From the NCBI RefSeq assembly GCF_009914755.1, contig NC_060947.1: 64,000 nucleotides of DNA; one strand, given 5' to 3'. Source of the DNA: the human T2T-CHM13v2.0 reference genome, Homo sapiens. The notes beneath the pieces were generated by a model. That model searched no databases and was not told the origin of the DNA. It was given only the letters and a program-made list of their open reading frames with translations. Position 1 is the first letter of the stretch; the number at the start of each line of letters is the position of its first letter. The translations under genes were made by a program, and so were the position numbers. Shown here in pieces: positions 58,866-64,000 of this stretch.

Positions 58866-60207
58866 GAGAATAATTAAACATTGACTCAAGCAGGTGGATA
58901 TGAGGAATCATTCCACTTAAAGAAGGAATATCTGAATATTTTGAGATTGCCCTATGAATTTCATTTTGTTTCTTTTCTATTACAAAACAACACTTGATCA
59001 TAGTCATTTGTGATTTTTTCTCCACTGTAGTGAACTGCTCTCTGTACACATTCATTAGCAATCCTCTTTGATTAGCTGCTGGAGGAATGTCGCAGTTCTC
59101 TGGGGTCAGCCTAGGGGCTGGGAATGTGAATATACTTTAGTTGGCACATTATCACATGGAAGTGCCTTGCCCATGAGGAATGGAGAGGGTATCCAAGCTG
59201 TAAGGACATTCAAGTAATCCTTGTACAATGGTGACTCATTCTTCTGTCCTGGGGATAAACATCATGTAGAAAATGTCCCAACCAATAACATCAACTGGCT
59301 TCATGGCACAGGAAACAGTACAGTGTCTGAACACAGACAAAACAAATTGTGGGGCTAAAGTAAATAAATTCATGACTTGATTTTCTACTTTGAAACTGAA
59401 CTAATGATGTAATTCATGAAAAAAATTGACTCAATAAAACTTGCCAAAGTTTTCAAAAATGCCAAGACAGTATTAAAAAGAATATTAATGGGAAACACCT
59501 CTAAGAAATGTCTATACAATGCGAAACAACTGAGCAACTAACCAAATTCCACCATCTCACTTATCTGTTCAAACAACAGATAAATGCTTATCTAGCACCA
59601 TGAAACTCTAAACCACTTGACTGGTTCTACTTTCCCGCCAGATATATTTGCAAACTACATAAGTTATAAAGTCATCTAAATAATAAGTATTCTCCTTTCC
59701 GTTAATGAAAATAAATCCAGAGTAATTTGGATATCAACAACTATCATCTCTAAAAGACCAAAACTACATTTTTCTTCTTTTTAGTTGTCTTTTTTTTTTG
59801 TAGCTTACCCTTTATATAAAGCAATAATTGTGAAAGGAATTTGAATTTATATAGCACTTGGAAAATTTGACAGTCAACAAAAACTTACAGGGACACTTAC
59901 TATATGCACAAAAACTTGTCCTTGGTGGCATGGATACAGAAGACATTACTGGATCTATATTCCCCCAAGTATCCTATACTTTAGTTGGGTGGATAAAACA
60001 CATATGCATGAAGCGAAGACTAAACTGGATGATTCTATCTTTAAGTGCGTTACAAATTCTAAAGATGGGCAAGACGACCGTGGGCTAGAATAGGCAAAGA
60101 AATTATCACCTTGGGGATGGAATTTGGTCTACTCCTTGAAGAATTATCTGGAAATAAACAGATATAAAATGTGGGAAATGTTTCTATGCTGGGAGAAGAG
60201 TGTAGAC

Positions 60208-60427
60208 CAGGGTTTTTCCACCTTATAACACTATTAACATTTGGGACTGGGTAATTATTTGTCATAAAGAGCTGTCCTTTGCATTGTTGGGTATTTAACA
60301 GCATCCCTGGCCTCAACCCACTAGAAACCAGAGCAACTCTTTACTTCCCAGATGGAACAACCAAAAACATCTTCTGGCACTGCTGAATGTTCTTCAGAGC
60401 AACATCACTTCTGGTTGAGAACCACTG
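60208..60427 (-). mobile_element. MER20 copy 1 (hAT-Charlie)
   Basis: CAGGGTTTTTCCACCT...CAGCATCCCTGGCCTCAACCCACTAGA...GGTTGAGAACCACTG. Confidence 0.9.
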
Positions 60428-60487
60428 GACTGGATATAGTTACCTCGGTTTTTTGTTTGTTTGTTTTTGTTTTTGCTTTCTCTCTCT

Positions 60488-60700
60488 CAGGGTTTTCCAA
60501 CCTCAGAATTATTAGCATTTCGACTGGATAAGTCTTTGTTTTGGATGCTGTCCTGTGCATAATAGGATGTTTAGAAGCATCCGTGACCTCAACTACCAGA
60601 TGCCAATAGCACTGCTCCCTGGTTGTGACAATCAAAAATATCTCCAGACGTTGCCAAATGTCCCCTGGAGTGAAAAGTCAACCTCATTTAGGAACTACTG
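60488..60700 (-). mobile_element. MER20 copy 2
   Basis: CAGGGTTTTCCAACCTC...GTTGTGACAATCAAAAATATCTCCAGACGTTGCCAAATGTCCCCTGG...GAACTACTG. Confidence 0.9.
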
Positions 60701-60829
60701 GTGTAGACAAAGTCATCAGTGGGAATGGATTTGGCTTACTCAGGGCTAAGCAAAATTGTTTAAACAAAACACCAAGCTTGTGTTATGAAAGAGTGCAATA
60801 AGATTGATTAACTAGGGTAGACACATGCT

Positions 60830-61990
60830 GTGCGAGGCCTTGAATACCAGAGACTGCAATAGGCAGCCACAGTAATTCCTAAGCAGATGTGTTTCAAAAT
60901 GAAATTGGTGTTTTAAATTTAATTTCACAGAAGCAAAAGACTAGGTGCCATGGGGAAGAACTGAATGCAGGGGGACTGGTTAGGAAGTTGTTATAATAAC
61001 CAGGCATTAGGTGTTGATGGATAGGATTAAAGTGACATCTTTGGAATGGAGAGAGTAAAGAGTAAACCCAGGATTGCTTTACAGAGAGAAATGTTGAGTC
61101 TGTGCAATAGATTGAGTATTAGAGATGAAGACAATGGAGGGGGAAACAGTGGTAAAACCAGGTTGCTAGTGAGAAGAAAGATTTAAATGAGATGAATAAG
61201 AAGGAGGTGGCATTTAATATGTTTAATTTTGCAAATACTAACTAGCTATTTTAGTATTATCACAGAATGCTGCTGTGAGGTCAGGGCTGAGGGAATAATT
61301 TGAGAGCTTTGGAAACACAAAACCTTCATATCCTCAATGAATTTATCCACTCCTATAGCTTTCTTCTTATTCCTGTAGCTTGACAAAATAAAAATTTCCT
61401 TCTCACTCACATTAAACTCTACTATGGGGTTGGTGGCCCTAGGTCTTTTGGGGATCCAGCCTTCTTCCATCTTACGGCACTGCCATCTTAAACCGGTGAC
61501 ATCTAAGGTGGCTGCAGAAGGTATAGTCTTAAGGGCCTCATGGAAGATTTTAGCGGTCCTAACATGTGTAACTTCTGCCTACATTCCATGGAGGATCCAA
61601 AAGAAGTGGCAAATCCAGCTTACTGGTAGAGGAAATGAAATTTAGAAGAATATAGCCAGTCTCTGTTATAGCGCTCAACATACACACCACCACCACCACC
61701 ACCACCACCACCCTGACACACAGAAATAAGAAGAAAGCTATAGGAGTGGATTAATTCATTGAGGATATGAAGATAGAGTGAAAACTGAGGAGGAGAGTTC
61801 AAGAAATGGAAATACCAAATGGAATAAGATGTCCCAAAGAGAGTAAGGAAGATCAGATGATTCAGAGATGTTGGAGAGCCTAGAAGAGAACCAACCTATA
61901 TAGAGGTGAAAGTGCCAAGAAGATGGAAGGTAAATTTCCATAAGGAGGATAATGTCTACTTTGCTAAGACTCTTGCTTTCATCAGAGGCA
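60830..61990 (-). mobile_element. Scattered L2 fragments (plus a possible MLT1 piece) with (CCA)n at about 61684-61712
   Basis: GGCCTTGAATACCAG, GGGGGACTGGTTAGGAAG, GGAGTGGATTAATTCATTGAGG. Confidence 0.5.
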
Positions 61991-62059
61991 AAGAGCATCA
62001 TGATGATTGTTAAAAAAAAAAAGAAAAGAAAAAGACACCTTATACATCTATACTCCACC

Positions 62060-62480
62060 TCAAAACCATCATTAGCTTATCTTTACAAATTTTTGAAACC
62101 CCAAACCTATCAGCTTGGCTTTCAATGCCTTCTTTTGCCAGCCCAGCCTAACTGTCCACCCCTCACCGTTAACTCCCAGGTGCCCAGCATATCCCGGTCA
62201 CTGGGTTGCTCATTATTCGCAAGACCACCATACTCTCTCCCATCTTTACAGCTTTGATTTTACAGCTTCTTCTACCCACCAAAGACCTGGCTCTCCTCAA
62301 GCCTAAAACAAGTGCTACACCACCTAGGAATAAAGCCTTTACTGATTTTTCCATCGATATTAACCTCCCCGTATTCTACCGACTTTTTGTCCTTCCTTTA
62401 CTTTGTCATGTGGAACCATCTACTTTATATCACTTATATGTTCATGTGACTGTTTCCCTCAGTAGACCATGGGATTCTTA
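62060..62480 (+). mobile_element. L2 fragment
   Basis: Pyrimidine-rich L2 3' region with AAGCCTTTACTGA and CAGTAGACCATGGG. Confidence 0.45.
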
Positions 62481-62546
62481 AGTGGTGAAGCAGGGCCACT
62501 AAGATGTACAACCCCAAGAAAAACAAGATAACACTAAAGTCTAGGT

Positions 62547-62764
62547 CAGAGGCTGGAAAATGTTTTCTGTAAAGAGCCATATGGTATTTTAGGCTTTGTG
62601 GCCATTTGGTTTCTGTCACAACTACTCAACTGTACCATTTTAGTTCAAAAGTATCCACAGACAATATGTAAATGAATGAATATGGCTGTCTTCAAATAAA
62701 ACTTTATTTATAAAACAGGCAGTGGACTGAATTTGATCCATGGACTATAATATGCTGCTCCATG
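62547..62764 (-). mobile_element. MER58A, full length
   Basis: TTTTCTGTAAAGAGCCA...CAACTACTCAACT...CAAATAAAACTTTATTTATAAAACAGGC; approximate TSD GTCTAGGT/ATCTATGT. Confidence 0.88.
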
Positions 62765-63269
62765 ATCTATGTGAATGATACTTTCTAGAGCACAGCATGA
62801 GTGGGGTCCCCTGAAATATAATCTGGGAAGTCCTGGGGAGAATTAATATACTTCTTAGTCATCTTTGTATCTTTTACCCCATTTCCCACCAGCACCTAGT
62901 AGAGCCTTCAATGTAGTATGCTCTCAATGTTTGTTTTTGTTTTTCTGAATTAAATATGCCTGAAAAGATACCAACTTAGTTAATCATAACAGCACTTTGA
63001 GAACTTCATTACCTTTTAAAACTATCTTGCAAGTTTGTAGTAAAGTAGTTCAAGAAGGAATCTTGTAAGCCCAAGAATCATAAAAATAATGTAACAGGGG
63101 AAGATGTGAGCTCAAAACATCTAAGGATTAGCAGCTGAAAGAAGAGAATCTGACATCAGAGCTGGGTAAAAGCAACAAAAAGGCATTTCAGTTCTGAGAA
63201 ACCAGCACCAAGGAACATCACATCATATGTGATAGATGTCTCACAACACCCTCTAAATCCATGTGAATA

Positions 63270-63480
63270 ATGCATTTAATGCCAGCACTTCAATGCTGGA
63301 AAGATGTTCATGATTTGGAGGAAACTCAGAGAGCAACCAAAATGATTAAGAGACTGAAAGGACTCATTTGTGAGCAGCTAAAAAAGAAGCCAAATATGAG
63401 CTTGGTCTGCTGATTGCTAGAAGATGGGGAAAAGGTGTACAAATTACTGAATGCTGTAAACACCAGGAAGAGGAGGAATG
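63270..63480 (+). mobile_element. CR1/L3-type ancient LINE ORF2 C-terminal relic
   Basis: GAAAGATGTTCATGATTTGGAGG...AGAGCAACCAAAATGATTAAGAGACTG (RATKMIK.L motif) and GTGTACAAATTA. Confidence 0.65.
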
Positions 63481-63646
63481 ATGGTCAGCTCTACTGGACT
63501 TAGCTCTTGGTAGGCACATATCTCGGGCATTAACACATTCCTCTCATTATTGGGTCTTAAAACATTTATGGGCCATGTGAATAATATATAACTGGAAATG
63601 CTGTGATTGGTAATGTTCTATTATTACAGGAAAATAGTATAACTTA

Positions 63647-63722
63647 ATTATACTTTAAGTTCTAGGTTAAAGGTGCACAACGTGCGGGTTTGTTACATAT
63701 GTATACATGTGCCATGTTGGTG
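63647..63722 (-). mobile_element. Short L1PA 3'-end fragment without poly(A) or TSD
   Basis: ATTATACTTTAAGTTCTAGG...GTGCACAACGTGCGGGTTTGTTACATATGTATACATGTGCCATGTTGGTG. Confidence 0.9.
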
Positions 63723-63911
63723 TTCCAGAAGAGCAAATACAAGACAAACTATTAAGGAAGCAAATGTTCCAGGAATGTTAGGCGAGCTAAGAGAATAAAA
63801 ACTCACTAATAGTACACTCTTAGAAGTATCAAATATATACAATCGTGGGTAACAGTATATCATTCATAACTGTTTAAATTAAAGCACAAAGATGCAAAAA
63901 TAGCTAGATAT

Positions 63912-63995
63912 TTCCTTCCTTTCCTTCCTTGCTTTCTTCCTTCCTTCCTTCTTTCATTCAATTCATTCATTCATTCAACCATCAGTCCATCCATC
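63912..63995. repeat. (TTCC)n-(TTCA)n-(TCCA)n simple repeat, probably an antisense L2 tail
   Basis: Direct inspection. Confidence 0.8.
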
Positions 63996-64000
63996 ATAGA

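Overview
AT-rich, CpG-poor primate genomic DNA (Alu, THE1 and L1PA elements present, so simian, probably human or ape). The window looks intronic or intergenic. I could not support any protein-coding gene, RNA gene, CpG island or CRISPR array. The longest ORFs are decayed L1 ORF2 or Tigger1 transposase fragments, or artefacts of Alu, LTR and microsatellite sequence. Much of the window is transposable-element fossil. This includes a 5'-truncated 4.4 kb L1PA, several ancient L1M pieces, a full THE1 provirus, solo THE1/MST/MLT1 LTRs, five Alus, Tigger1/Tigger3/MER46C/MER104, hAT MITEs (MER5, MER20, MER58), many L2/MIR copies and a CR1/L3 relic. I found no convincing new biological system. The most unusual observations concern insertion mechanics: a MER20 dimer bounded by one 8-bp TSD, a possible 30-bp L1 3' transduction, three ultra-short L1 3' ends, an internal inversion in an L1M, a templated-insertion scar in Tigger1, and discordant LTRs on one THE1. 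A few candidate unannotated exons are also noted. Subfamily names come from my memory of the consensus sequences, and the boundaries of old repeats are approximate.
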